From NCBI GenBank assembly GCA_004431415.1, contig QPMI01000032.1:116251-180250 (forward strand): a DNA stretch of 64,000 bases, in the 5' to 3' direction. Every line of letters starts with the position of its first letter. Position 1 is the stretch's first letter. Shown here piece after piece: positions 22,298 to 32,603 of this stretch. The notes under the pieces were generated by a model that saw nothing but the letters and a program-made list of their open reading frames with translations, did not search any database and was not told the origin of the DNA. The position numbers were made by a program, and so were the translations under genes. The DNA comes from Cyanophora paradoxa CCMP329. Lineage: Eukaryota; Plantae; Glaucophyta.

Positions 22298-23521
22298 ATG
22301 GCGCTCGCTGGAACCACTCTTAAAGAGCTCCTCGTCACCCCCAATTCGAGCGAACTATATCTATCCCCCGGTCTGGTCATTGGCGCCAACCCGAAATATA
22401 AGCCATTCATTGAAACAGTCAAGCCTCGTGGCAACACCTTTGGCTTTGCTTCTACTGCGGTCTTTGACCTCCCACGCAAACAGCTACTCAGCGGTCTCTC
22501 CCTCTACTTTAAACTCACTGGTGGTGGTGGTGCGAACGCTACCCTTCCAAACTGTGCGAGTAGCTTCATTGAAAATGTCCGAATCGTCCATGGTGGTTTT
22601 AAACTCACGTTACCCGGTGACTGGATCACTGTAAACACCATCGTCGACAACGATCCCTCAACTCTGGGTGCTCTCGCCACCTCCTATGGCATGGATGATG
22701 CCGCTATTGTTCTTAATAACACTTCTCGTGAATTTATTGTTAAGATCCCCTCGCAAATGTGGGACGACTCTTACTTCCCTCTCTGTGCACTTGCTGAGAT
22801 GCCCCAAATCGAGGTCGATTTCCGGGCTTCGACTGTTGTAACTCTTGCTTTAAATGCTACCATCGCTATGAGTGATTGCTATCTTGTTTGTCAGTTCGTT
22901 AACATCTCATCTGATGAGGCTGAGCGACTGCTTAAAATGGCAAACGAGGAGGGTGGCATTCGCATCCCAATTACTGAGGTTCTCCACAAGCAAACCCGCC
23001 CACTGAAAACGGCGGATGCCGACACTGCGACTGAGGTCTCGCTTGCTAATGTGAGCGGACTTGTCCACTCGGTTCTGCTTACAGTCAGAAAGAACGCGGA
23101 TCTGAAAACGGTTAACCACTCTCGCTTCTATGGTAAGGGCGAAACCTACAACATCACGAACTTCGAGATCTACCACAACAATCGCACTCTCGATATTTCC
23201 AACAAGCCAATCTCTGGCTTCCTTTCCGCTGTGAACCACATCCCCTCTCACTACAAGGGTGCGAGCACAGGTGGTGCCGCTGTTGGAGTCGCTGAGGGAA
23301 GCGTTTATGGTGTTGTTCTGAGCAAGTCTGGCAAGGATTCGCTGCACAACTCGGTTCTCGGGTATCAGGACTTTTTCAACTCGTCATCAAGCTACATAAA
23401 CCTCACAGTTAACGGCTGCACTGATGCCAATCCGGTTGTGGTGGATATATTCACACTTCGCCACAATGTCCTCGTAATTAATGGCTATCAACTGTCGACC
23501 CTCAAAGTTAGCAACTTCTAA
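22298..23521 (+). CDS. Major capsid protein, PLV-A
   Basis: 407 aa; highly similar to 16060-17286. Confidence 0.8.
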   Translation: MALAGTTLKELLVTPNSSELYLSPGLVIGANPKYKPFIETVKPRGNTFGFASTAVFDLPRKQLLSGLSLYFKLTGGGGANATLPNCASSFIENVRIVHGGFKLTLPGDWITVNTIVDNDPSTLGALATSYGMDDAAIVLNNTSREFIVKIPSQMWDDSYFPLCALAEMPQIEVDFRASTVVTLALNATIAMSDCYLVCQFVNISSDEAERLLKMANEEGGIRIPITEVLHKQTRPLKTADADTATEVSLANVSGLVHSVLLTVRKNADLKTVNHSRFYGKGETYNITNFEIYHNNRTLDISNKPISGFLSAVNHIPSHYKGASTGGAAVGVAEGSVYGVVLSKSGKDSLHNSVLGYQDFFNSSSSYINLTVNGCTDANPVVVDIFTLRHNVLVINGYQLSTLKVSNF

Positions 23522-23597
23522 ACGAGGTAAGGTGCGGCGCTCGCGCAAGGCTCGCTTAGCGTGCCGTTTTTGTCTGTTTTTTTATATCTTTACTGTA

Positions 23598-24365
23598 ATG
23601 GATAAGGAAACCATAAATCTGGATGAAATACCTGAGTTGGATCCTGCAAGGAACATAGTTTTACCAACAAGAATCGGTTGCTGGGGACGTAGTAATACAG
23701 GTAAGACCACGTTCTCGAAATATTTACTGTATGAGCTTCGTCACCAAATCGATCAGCTCGTAATATTTAGTTCGACTGCATTTACTGGTCAATGGCAAGA
23801 CATCACACACCCCGATAATATCTTTGAGGAATGGAACGATGACCTTGTAGTTAAGCTCATCGGGATGCAAAAGAAACGAATCGAAAAGGGAGAGAGAAGG
23901 AACAGTATGGTTTTGATTTTAGATGACATGATCGGATCCTCGCTAAATATGGAGACGAATATGGTCTTGAAAAAGCTGGTAACCTCTGGAAGACATTATA
24001 TGATATCCCTCATCGTGAATTCACAACGCATGTGCTCAGTTAGCACAACAATTAGGCGCAACCTCGAATTCGTGGTCTTTTTCAATATATTAGGGAACGA
24101 AAAAGAGTTCAACTGTGCTTTTGATGAATATAATGGTGGTCTCAGTAAGAGAGACTTTAAGGAATTGAATAGGCTATGGGGTCATAGTTATCAGGTGGTC
24201 TGCGTGGGTCTGCAAGGCTACGACGTTAAGTTCTACACAGACCGGGCGATACTATCGGAGGACGACTTGAAAAAAATGACTCGGAAGTTTGGCAAGAGGC
24301 GGGTGTTGCAAAAGAAGGAACGATTGGCTCAAATACAGCGCGAGGGCGCTACGGTTACGATGTAG
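23598..24365 (+). CDS. A32-like packaging ATPase, PLV-A
   Basis: GRSNTGKT, VLILDD, SGRHY; start placed at ATG 23598 by homology with PLV-B. Confidence 0.92.
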   Translation: MDKETINLDEIPELDPARNIVLPTRIGCWGRSNTGKTTFSKYLLYELRHQIDQLVIFSSTAFTGQWQDITHPDNIFEEWNDDLVVKLIGMQKKRIEKGERRNSMVLILDDMIGSSLNMETNMVLKKLVTSGRHYMISLIVNSQRMCSVSTTIRRNLEFVVFFNILGNEKEFNCAFDEYNGGLSKRDFKELNRLWGHSYQVVCVGLQGYDVKFYTDRAILSEDDLKKMTRKFGKRRVLQKKERLAQIQREGATVTM

Positions 24366-24579
24366 CCTTGTAGCGCTTTTTTAGAGCATTCCGGCGCTAT
24401 TTTTGGTTTTGCAAGGCGATGAGTTGGTGAAAAGATACAGGTTTTTGACGGTTTGCGTGGCGGTTTCGATTGTTTTTCGAGTTTTTGTAGTTTTTTGATT
24501 ATGTTTGTTTTTAGTTTTTGTTTGTTCTTGCGCTTTTCTCTGCACTTTTTTCGTAACGCCCTCAGAAAAAGTTACGCGT

Positions 24580-24665
24580 GACAACTTCCCCCATCGTCCG
24601 GACAACTTCCCCCATCATCCTGACAACTTCCCCCATCGTCCTGACAACTTCCCCCCATCGTCCTG
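24580..24665. repeat. 21-bp tandem repeat x4
   Basis: GACAACTTCCCCCATCGTCC(G/T) units. Confidence 0.9.
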
Positions 24666-24953
24666 ACGTTCTGACAACCTCACTGTGATTGGTCAACTAT
24701 AAACAAAAAACACATAAAAAACTACTTTGTGGCATGCTATATGTTTTCGGACTCGCCGCGATGTGATGACCCGAATATGTCGGTTACGCCGGTATATATA
24801 TGTATATGTCGTGATATGCGAAAAAAAGTAAAAAAATGAAAAAATCGGAAGTTGTCGGGGATGGTATATACGGAGGCTCGGATGTATATATGGGATATAT
24901 ATGCTATTGGCGACGGTGCAAAAAATGATATATGGATTAAATATAAATTTTAA

Positions 24954-25223
24954 ATGGAAACAAACATGAAATGTCAAGTTTGTCTTGATCTGTTTGCGGA
25001 TGATTACTATAACACATGTCCTCAATGTGAATTTCATATATGCTTCGACTGCGTCGATAAGATGAGTGATTTCGATCGCTGCCCTTGTTGTAGATTCAGC
25101 AATGTTATAGCAAGTAAGGATGATTGGAAAAGAGTGGAGGAGGCACACAAAGCAACCGAAAAACGTCGAGAAGAAAGAAGGGATCAAGCCGAATCGAAAG
25201 AATGTTGTAAGGAAGAAGTATAA
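24954..25223 (+). CDS. Small RING-like zinc-finger protein, PLV-A
   Basis: CQVC...CPQCEFHICFDC...CPCCR Cys spacing; C-terminus runs into the TIR. Confidence 0.65.
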   Translation: METNMKCQVCLDLFADDYYNTCPQCEFHICFDCVDKMSDFDRCPCCRFSNVIASKDDWKRVEEAHKATEKRREERRDQAESKECCKEEV

Positions 25224-25509
25224 TCTGAGAAGTAAAACGATAAAGCAATCGAGGTAAGTGGGAAATGGAAATGAAATATGATAAAGATGATAAAGATGTA
25301 ATTGTAGCCATGGCGTGATTTTTTTGTTTTTGTTACTGAATATCGTCAGGGGTTTAATGAAATGATTGATGATATCAGTGAGTCAGTGGGAATATCTCGA
25401 TTGAATTTATCGATGAAAAGTATGTATTACTGAATATCGTGGGGAATTCGAATGTATTTGTATTATTTCGGGATTTTTCGTTTATGTAGCCATGGCGTAA
25501 TACTCCACT
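25173..25509 (-). repeat. PLV-A right TIR
   Basis: Reverse complement of 76-412. Confidence 0.95.
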
Positions 25510-26842
25510 GATCATAACGTGAAGTCATTATAACGTGTTTCACCCCCCTTGAACCCCCTCATTCCACGTATTACACAGTCGTATTTCACCGTATTTTAAC
25601 GTCTTCGCGATAATAAAATGATGATAAAGCGTCTTAAAAGCAATATCGAGCTCCTAAGATGCATATGCTCGCCGACTGTCCTAGCAAGCGACCATTGCTG
25701 CAGACGCTCAGGTACCCGTGAAGGAAATTGAATATATGTAATATAATAAAATATAATGTCGTTATTTTATTCATTATAACGTCCCATTTTCTGGAGACGT
25801 TATAATGACAGCACTGACTGAATTGAATTGAGACGGAAGTGATTCTACTAGTGAAAGGCTCTAGAGCTTAAGAGCTAGTACGTCGCTCTTAAGAGTTTAA
25901 GAGCTTGACTCGCCAAAAAGGGGCTACTAGTACGTACTAAAAAGTACTAAGAACCGAAAACGGGCTAGTAGGGACATAAAAAAAAGCTTGAACCGAGACC
26001 CTTTAAAAACATTTTGAGTCCATTCAGCTTTTTCGTAAAAAAGACAAACCTACTAGTACTCAGGTTGCAAACCGCAGTGCCTTTCTAGTCGGACGAGATT
26101 TCTAGCTTTCGTCGACGACTGGGCCTCGCGCACGTCGACGTGTGCTAGAAATTGTACAGCAGCATCTGACATGAGCTGCCGTGGTGAGCTGCCGTGGGGG
26201 TACAGGGGGCTCACCTGACGTGTGAGGATTAATGTACTTAATGGATATTAAATAATGTCATTAATTAAAAACGTACATTATAAGACAGCACTGCCTCCAG
26301 GTCCTCCAGGTCCTCGCGATCGCCGAGTCGGGGTCCATCTCCAGCTGGGACTCTAGCCTGGGAGAGGCGCTCTCGGAGTCCGTTCTTGAAGAACGCCGCA
26401 TGTGCAGTAATTTGCGCGGTAATTTTTTAAGACTGCTGGGGAAAACTCGACTCGCGCGGGACCGTGACAGTGGTGAGTCACTGGTGACACACGTCAGCCG
26501 AACCGATCGCCTTATAATCTAGTATTTGTTGACTAGTAAAAAAACAAGCAGTTCCAGCTTGCGTAGTACTATGGTTTAGTGTACCCATGGGACTTTTTTG
26601 CTGGCAAATGCCCATCAATTACTACAGCGTGGGACCCTTTCGCTGGCGGAAAAAGACAATATTTTACTACAGAGAGTCGAGTCGAAAAGCTTCAGTCTGA
26701 AACTCGGGCGATTCGGTGATTGGTCAACTTAAACAGGATGGGTACGTTAAAATTGCTTACTACGGCGAGTCGTGTCAAAAAGCCCCAGTCGGAAACTCGA
26801 GCGATTTGGTGATTGGTCAATTTAAATCCATGTACTTATAGC

Positions 26843-27889
26843 CACAGCTCGCGAAAAAAAGTCGGTCCCCACAATTCGACTTGGCTGGGACTCGACTTGG
26901 GACTCGAATAATTCTCCCCTACCAAAAGTTAAAACACCGGGGTAGGCACACGCGACTCGGCGAAGCGCGGCGACCAGCACGCGCGGCAGCTCCCGCGCGC
27001 AGCAGAGAGCGCTCAGCGGCTGCTGCTATCCCTCACACACTTTTTTTGAAAGTCTGCTGCATTCGTACACACTTGACAACAGTCCCCGCTCCGGCGGCTC
27101 CACGCCTACCGGATACTGAGATGCGCTGCTATCCCTCACACACCATGGAGGAGCCGAAGAAGCCCTTAGGCACGTCCCTCGTCAAAGCCAGGAGGCAGGC
27201 CAGAGTCGATCGCCTTCAAGGAAAGCGTGCGCGAAAACGAGCCCTACGATTCTCAAAGCGCTCCCTAGAATTCGAAAGTCTCGACAATCAAGTGAAGTAT
27301 CTCTAGACGCGCTAGCGCTGTGGCTCGGACGCGCGGACCGCAGATCTAGAGCCGCATGCATATGGTGGCTACTACAGGTGCACGTGCATGCAGTGGCTAC
27401 TACGGGAGTGTCAGCCTGCGTGTTTGTCAGCGACAGGGGCGCAACGGGCAACGGGGCGCAACCGCACCACGCACTTCGCACCACGAGCGCACCACGAGCC
27501 GTAGCTGATCATGCATATGAGTGCGTCGTGCTCGCTGCAGCTGCGGGCGTCGTGCGTCGGCCGCTCTGCGGCAGAACAGTACGCCCGGACGCATCCAAAC
27601 TATACTGCCTGGCTGTCTTCGATCCTCGGGCCTACGCAATGCTGATGTGGGCGCTGGTGTCAAGAGGCGTGCTGTGTGTTGAACTTCTCCTCTCTGCCAG
27701 CGACCGGCATTTCTCCTCGATCTCGTTAAAACTACTGATAGAAAGAAATAAACTCTATAAGAATGCATATATATGCCATATATATGAAAAGGTTTAATTG
27801 ACTGGCGTAGGGATTTTCCAAGTCGACTTGCCCCCCCCCCCTGTCATACAAACCGAGTTGTGGGGACCGACTTTTTTTCGCGAGCTGTG
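26843..27889. mobile_element. Non-autonomous DNA transposon, CACTA/CMC-like (1047 bp)
   Basis: Perfect 32-bp TIRs CACAGCTCGCGAAAAAAAGTCGGTCCCCACAA (26843-26874 / 27858-27889); 3-bp TSD AGC; no transposase seen. Confidence 0.8.
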
Positions 27890-28392
27890 AGCTGTACACA
27901 GCTCGTTTTTTTTACCGATCGACCCGATCGACATGGCTGGAATCCGGTTAAAGTTAAATCGCTCTTCGGCTATTTGGTTGGCTGGGACCGGGCTACTAGG
28001 GGCTAGCACTAATCTACCCGCTAGATTGCCGGCTACAATTTGCAACATGCTAGCGCTGTGCAGCGACTAGCCGTTCTGTGCCGGGTGAAAAGTTATCGCG
28101 ATCGCCGGCTACCCTTGCCCAGCTGTGGTACGGTCTGTACCCAGCTAGCAAGCGGGGAGGAGGCGGAGCCCCCCTGCTTGTAAGTAATAAGTTATAACTT
28201 AGTATAACTATTTTTTTAGGCTGTCCTAGGCCTGTCCTAGGGTCCTAGGCGGGTGTCTTAGGCTCTTAGCACGCCGTTTTTCAAGTTTGGGGGGTGCGGA
28301 CCGTTGATTTGTTTTTTTCGGTCGCAAACCGTCTCCTACTAGCCTGAGTAGTAGCCTCCCCGCAATTTGGGGCCGCAAACCGTCTCCTACTA

Positions 28393-28654
28393 CCGTAGAC
28401 GACTTATATAATTATATACCGCGCTGACTTAACTACTGCGCTACCAAATTACCGCGCTCAAAAGTTTTATAACGCGGTAATTTGGTAGTGCGGTAATTGT
28501 CTTTTGCTTAGATTTGCTAAGACTTTTGTATGGGCCGTACCCCAAATTGATGAAAACGCGCTAATTTGGTGCCGCGCTAACTTAGTAAAGCGCCTACCGG
28601 CGCCGAAATTTTAGAACGCGGTAATATGTGGCGCGGTATTCAAGTCGTCTACGG
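28393..28654. mobile_element. MITE, Tc1/mariner-pogo-like (262 bp)
   Basis: 13-bp TIRs CCGTAGACGACTT, TA on both flanks, internal ACCGCG repeats. Confidence 0.75.
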
Positions 28655-28780
28655 TAAAAGTCTCCAACCAGTTCAACTTGCGAGGACTCCAATTGCAAGG
28701 AGCCGATGGCCATGTGGTCTGAGGCTCTGAGCCGCTGCAGCTTGTTGCAATCTGGCACGTCGTGCAGCATCGGCCCGGCG

Positions 28781-28853
28781 ACACATATGAATATTCATAT
28801 TTTAATCCCTGGGCGTTCCGCCTCAGGATTAAAATATGAATATTCATATGTGT
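28781..28853. repeat. Near-perfect 73-nt hairpin at the left boundary of PLV-C
   Basis: 28-bp arms at 28781-28808 and 28826-28853, with extra pairing inside the loop. Confidence 0.9.
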
Positions 28854-29446
28854 GATTCGATGTTATATCAATAAAATCGATTAATTTATTTGAATTTTCA
28901 CATGAATTTTCATATTTGTAAATGCATTTTCAATTAATTTAATCGATGTTATATCGATAAACTCGATTAATCGATATTGTATCTTAATTGTAGTTAATCG
29001 GAATTATATCAATAACTTCGATTGATCTTAATTGAATCCTAAATGAATCTAATCGGAATTATATCAATAAATTCGATTAAATCATGTTCTTTTCCGATTA
29101 AATCAAATAAATATTTAACTTTGTTATCATAAGTGGTCTAAGTTGACTCACTTTTCATAAACATTTTGAACTCTTAGTCTCTTTGAATTTCTTAAGATGA
29201 CTCAACTTAGTCAACTTAGTCCACTTTGTTACCATAATCAATCAGGGTGGACTCACTTTTAGATCAACTTTGAAATTTCAAGCAAAATCAACTTGGATTT
29301 CAAAAGTGGATCTTCTAAGTGGACTCAAAATGTTCACTTTGTGATACATGTTAGCTCAAATCCTTACTGTTTATGGTCAGGGTTGACTAAGTGGGGGGAG
29401 TTGACACATTTTTTCAAATCCTTTTTAGAAAACTTTAGGTCCCAAA

Positions 29447-29610
29447 TATTTCCTGTGAAATTTGAGTCAACTCAACCCACTTAGTCAACCCTCCCATTGA
29501 ATTCGTAACAAAATCCATATACTTTTACTACTTTTACGATTAATATGAGTCAACCTTGAGTCCACTTAAATATAAATATAATATAATAGGGGGAATCTAG
29601 GGCAGATGCT
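29447..29610 (+). repeat. PLV-C subterminal inverted repeat, left arm
   Basis: Imperfect reverse complement of 54941-55104. Confidence 0.9.
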
Positions 29611-29843
29611 GAGTGTTATTGTAAGGAAATCGAATAGTATTCGAAATACTTGACATTGCTTAATGTAGGGTGCATTCATATTTCGGCTACATCATACAGT
29701 AGAATTCTATTGTAACAAAAGCTACTGTAGAAAGAAAATCATTGTAGAAAGCTATTGTAGGAAAGGATATATTATATCCTTTTTTAACGATTGCCATTGT
29801 AATAAAAAAGGTAAATTACCCTGTTTATCATTATAGAAACCCA

Positions 29844-30242
29844 TCAAAACGGGAATCTATCATGTTTATGTCTCTCAGTCTTCTCAAATGTTAAGAAATT
29901 CATTGTTTTATCGATCTCATCTGCTACTGCTTGTGTTTTATGCTGAGCTTCTTTACCACAACTGAATATATCAATTGCTAACATGCCTTCATTGGAATAA
30001 CAATGAGCTGTGCAATGGCTTTCATCTAATAGCAGAACCAATGCAAAACCAGGAGGTGATAGTTTGCCATCAAATATCTCACAATGCTTATGAACAATCC
30101 TAATACCTTGTCTCAATACTGCTTGTTCAAGGGTTCCCATAATCCAATTACCTAGGAAGCTAACATGCTCATAACCTGTTGCTATAGCTGATTTAGCCTT
30201 GTAATCAAGCATAACATGAAAGCCTCTGTATTTAGTCTCCAT
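29844..30242 (-). CDS. speD: S-adenosylmethionine decarboxylase proenzyme (short prokaryotic/phage type)
   Basis: GFHVMLD...LLDESHCTAHCY..EG.LAIDIFSCG, including the ES self-cleavage site. Confidence 0.85.
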   Translation of the reverse strand: METKYRGFHVMLDYKAKSAIATGYEHVSFLGNWIMGTLEQAVLRQGIRIVHKHCEIFDGKLSPPGFALVLLLDESHCTAHCYSNEGMLAIDIFSCGKEAQHKTQAVADEIDKTMNFLTFEKTERHKHDRFPF

Positions 30243-30265
30243 TAAGAATACCTTAGAAAAATTAA

Positions 30266-30538
30266 CTAGTCAAACCTAATGCAAATATCCCTATACTCTA
30301 CTCTGATTGATGAAGTAGCTCTTTTCCTGTGTGCTTGACTCTTTCTTTTGTTACAGTCCCTGCAACCTGATCCCTTCACATGATTAAAGGGATAGGTAAG
30401 GATCACCTTATTACACTGCAAACATCTAACAGATACTTTCTCTTGAGCTTTGATGTAATGTGTCTCACTGTAATCGAATTTATCTTTACCATGAACTGTC
30501 ATAGCAGCATCAATAAACTTTTTTGTTTTAGTATCCAT
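30266..30538 (-). CDS. Zinc-ribbon protein resembling repeats of NCLDV/phage putative endonucleases
   Basis: FI..A..VHG.DKFDYS...Y...CLQC...NH..G.GCRDC. Confidence 0.55.
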   Translation of the reverse strand: MDTKTKKFIDAAMTVHGKDKFDYSETHYIKAQEKVSVRCLQCNKVILTYPFNHVKGSGCRDCNKRKSQAHRKRATSSIRVEYRDICIRFD

Positions 30539-30560
30539 ACTCTATATATACCCAATATTC

Positions 30561-31392
30561 TTATGGAGCAGTATCCTGCCCAAAAATGGGGAAATATCGA
30601 TTAGTGCCATAGTACTCAGCATAGGTATTCTGCTTTGCAATAAAATCAGTTCTCTCAGCATATAATACACACTTGTAGATACCAAACTTGGTGGCTCTCA
30701 CTAAGAACTGGTAATCTTCTAAACCGAAATTGACTCCATGATAAGCAATTCCAAAATTATCATATGGGGTGATCACAACTGCAAAATTAGGAGTTCCACC
30801 CTCTACTTGACAAAGAGCATAAACATCTGGTGGAATATCCACAACAACCTTGTAGTGGTCACCAATCTCAACAAGAGAGTCTACTACTGCTGTTTGTTCA
30901 TTTACAACAATGGGGAATATCTTTATAATGTATGGGGCATTCATGCTGGGGACATAGGTTCGAATTCTTGTGTTGGGATCAATGGGATTGGGTTGATCAT
31001 TCACAAATAAAGGCGCTCCAACAGCCCACCAACCCTAAGACCATCACCAATATAAGCTCCTCCCGATTTGCAGTTAATAGCTCCCGACCTAGATTCAAAA
31101 GAATAAGTAGACAGAGGATCTCCATAGCTATCTGGGTCTCCATAATGAGCAGAAAGTTTGCATTTGTGACAAGTAGCTTAGTTGTCTTAACTATTCCATT
31201 ATTTTTATCACATCTGAGTTCCTGTAATCTCAGTTTATGGGTGGAACCAAATGTATTCATTGTAGGTTGGACCTCTGTGGATTGGAGACCCTCTACATCA
31301 TCAAAGGTAGCATGCTGTAAAACATGGTTTGCTGGGGCAGCTAATGATAGCTGTGGTGTAATAATTCGTTCAAGTGGGGGTTGCTCAGCCAT
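30561..31392 (-). CDS. Uncharacterised protein (frameshifted), tandem paralog of 31394-32260
   Basis: ELRCDKNNGIVKTTKLLVTNANF vs ELRADKNSGVVKTTRLLVTNANF; DPNTRIRTYVP vs DPQRIRLYTP. Confidence 0.65.
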
Positions 31393-31393
31393 T

Positions 31394-32260
31394 TTACATT
31401 AAAGGGATATATCTTTTATGGGTTGGCTCATCAATTACATCTGGCTCCATGTAAAACCCTGTAACTGAAAGAGTATCAGGAGTTACACCTCTAAGAGCTG
31501 ATACAGCGGCTATATCTGTTCTCAAACCGATAAGAGTTATAGTATATAACCCAATATCTGTAACAAACAAGTCAAAGGTGAAATTATTATTATAAACACA
31601 GTAGCCATAACCGAAATGATTATATCCCTGAACATTGAAATAGTATTTATGACCTACTTGATTGTTGTTGGCTCTACAAAGGGAAAGCATTGCAGATGGA
31701 ATTGCAAGACCTCTCAGTACTCTTTTGGTTCCTTCAATTAATTCCGAGTTTTCAAGAGTAACAGTATATCCAATGTAAAATTGAATTAATGGCTGCTGTG
31801 CGACAGGAGTATATAATCGAATTCGTTGGGGGTCTTCCACATTTTGCTCTAGAGTATCTGGGACATCATTATACGAAATTGAGGATGAGAGTTGACCTGA
31901 AACTCTGCAGCCACCCCCAATAAATGCTCCTCCTGATCTCACAGTAACAGCAGCAGTATTCTTATCGAAATCTAGGGCTTTCAGATCAACACTGTAAGCA
32001 TCAGGACCTCCATTTGTAGGTTGGAAGAAGTTTGCATTAGTCACAAGAAGTCGAGTTGTTTTAACCACACCAGAATTCTTATCAGCTCTCAGCTCTTTAA
32101 CTCGAATAATCGAATTCTTATCAAAGGAGTTACCATTGGAATTGGGTCTCTCTGTGGATTCTAATCCACGAACCTCATCATTTACTTCATGCTGGCGAAA
32201 GTGCATTGCAGGGGATCCAAGGGAATATATAGGCAGTTGAACTCGATTATATTCACCCAT
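31394..32260 (-). CDS. Uncharacterised protein, possibly structural
   Basis: Intact 288-aa ORF with an adjacent paralog, downstream of the fibre gene. Confidence 0.65.
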   Translation of the reverse strand: MGEYNRVQLPIYSLGSPAMHFRQHEVNDEVRGLESTERPNSNGNSFDKNSIIRVKELRADKNSGVVKTTRLLVTNANFFQPTNGGPDAYSVDLKALDFDKNTAAVTVRSGGAFIGGGCRVSGQLSSSISYNDVPDTLEQNVEDPQRIRLYTPVAQQPLIQFYIGYTVTLENSELIEGTKRVLRGLAIPSAMLSLCRANNNQVGHKYYFNVQGYNHFGYGYCVYNNNFTFDLFVTDIGLYTITLIGLRTDIAAVSALRGVTPDTLSVTGFYMEPDVIDEPTHKRYIPLM

Positions 32261-32603
32261 TGCTTCTTTTACTAAGAAGGAAAGAAAAATAAACTACCAT
32301 CAAGCCAAAGTGATTAAATTCGATCCAAGGGATTGGTAAACAGTTGAAAGAACTTGCAGGTTGGACGTCATTGCTTTAATGTTGTTATCACACTCATTGT
32401 ATTTAGCAACAGGGTCACCATATGCAGCTTGAGCAAGGACATTAACCAAGAGGTTTTATACTCATTTACAACTGGTGAGAGCTTGTTAGTTTGCTGAATC
32501 GTTTTTTCAACTGTTGTAATGCGTTTACAAGGGTGATTGTATCAAAAGAAAGTGCAACAGGCTCAGTAGAATAGGTGGTTCCACCAAGAGGATAGGTCGC
32601 CAT

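Larger units (their letters stand above)
76..25509. mobile_element. PLV-A: integrated Polinton-like virus, ~11.35 kb once its two nested insertions are removed
   Basis: TIRs at 76-412 and 25173-25509; termini 5'-AG...CT-3'; TSD GATCAT at 70-75 and 25510-25515; encodes integrase, helicase fusion, penton, MCP and ATPase. Confidence 0.95.

Noticed and set aside
28771-28780. Target-site duplication for PLV-C
   Set aside because: Left flank CGGCCCGGCG does not match right flank AGTGTTGACC
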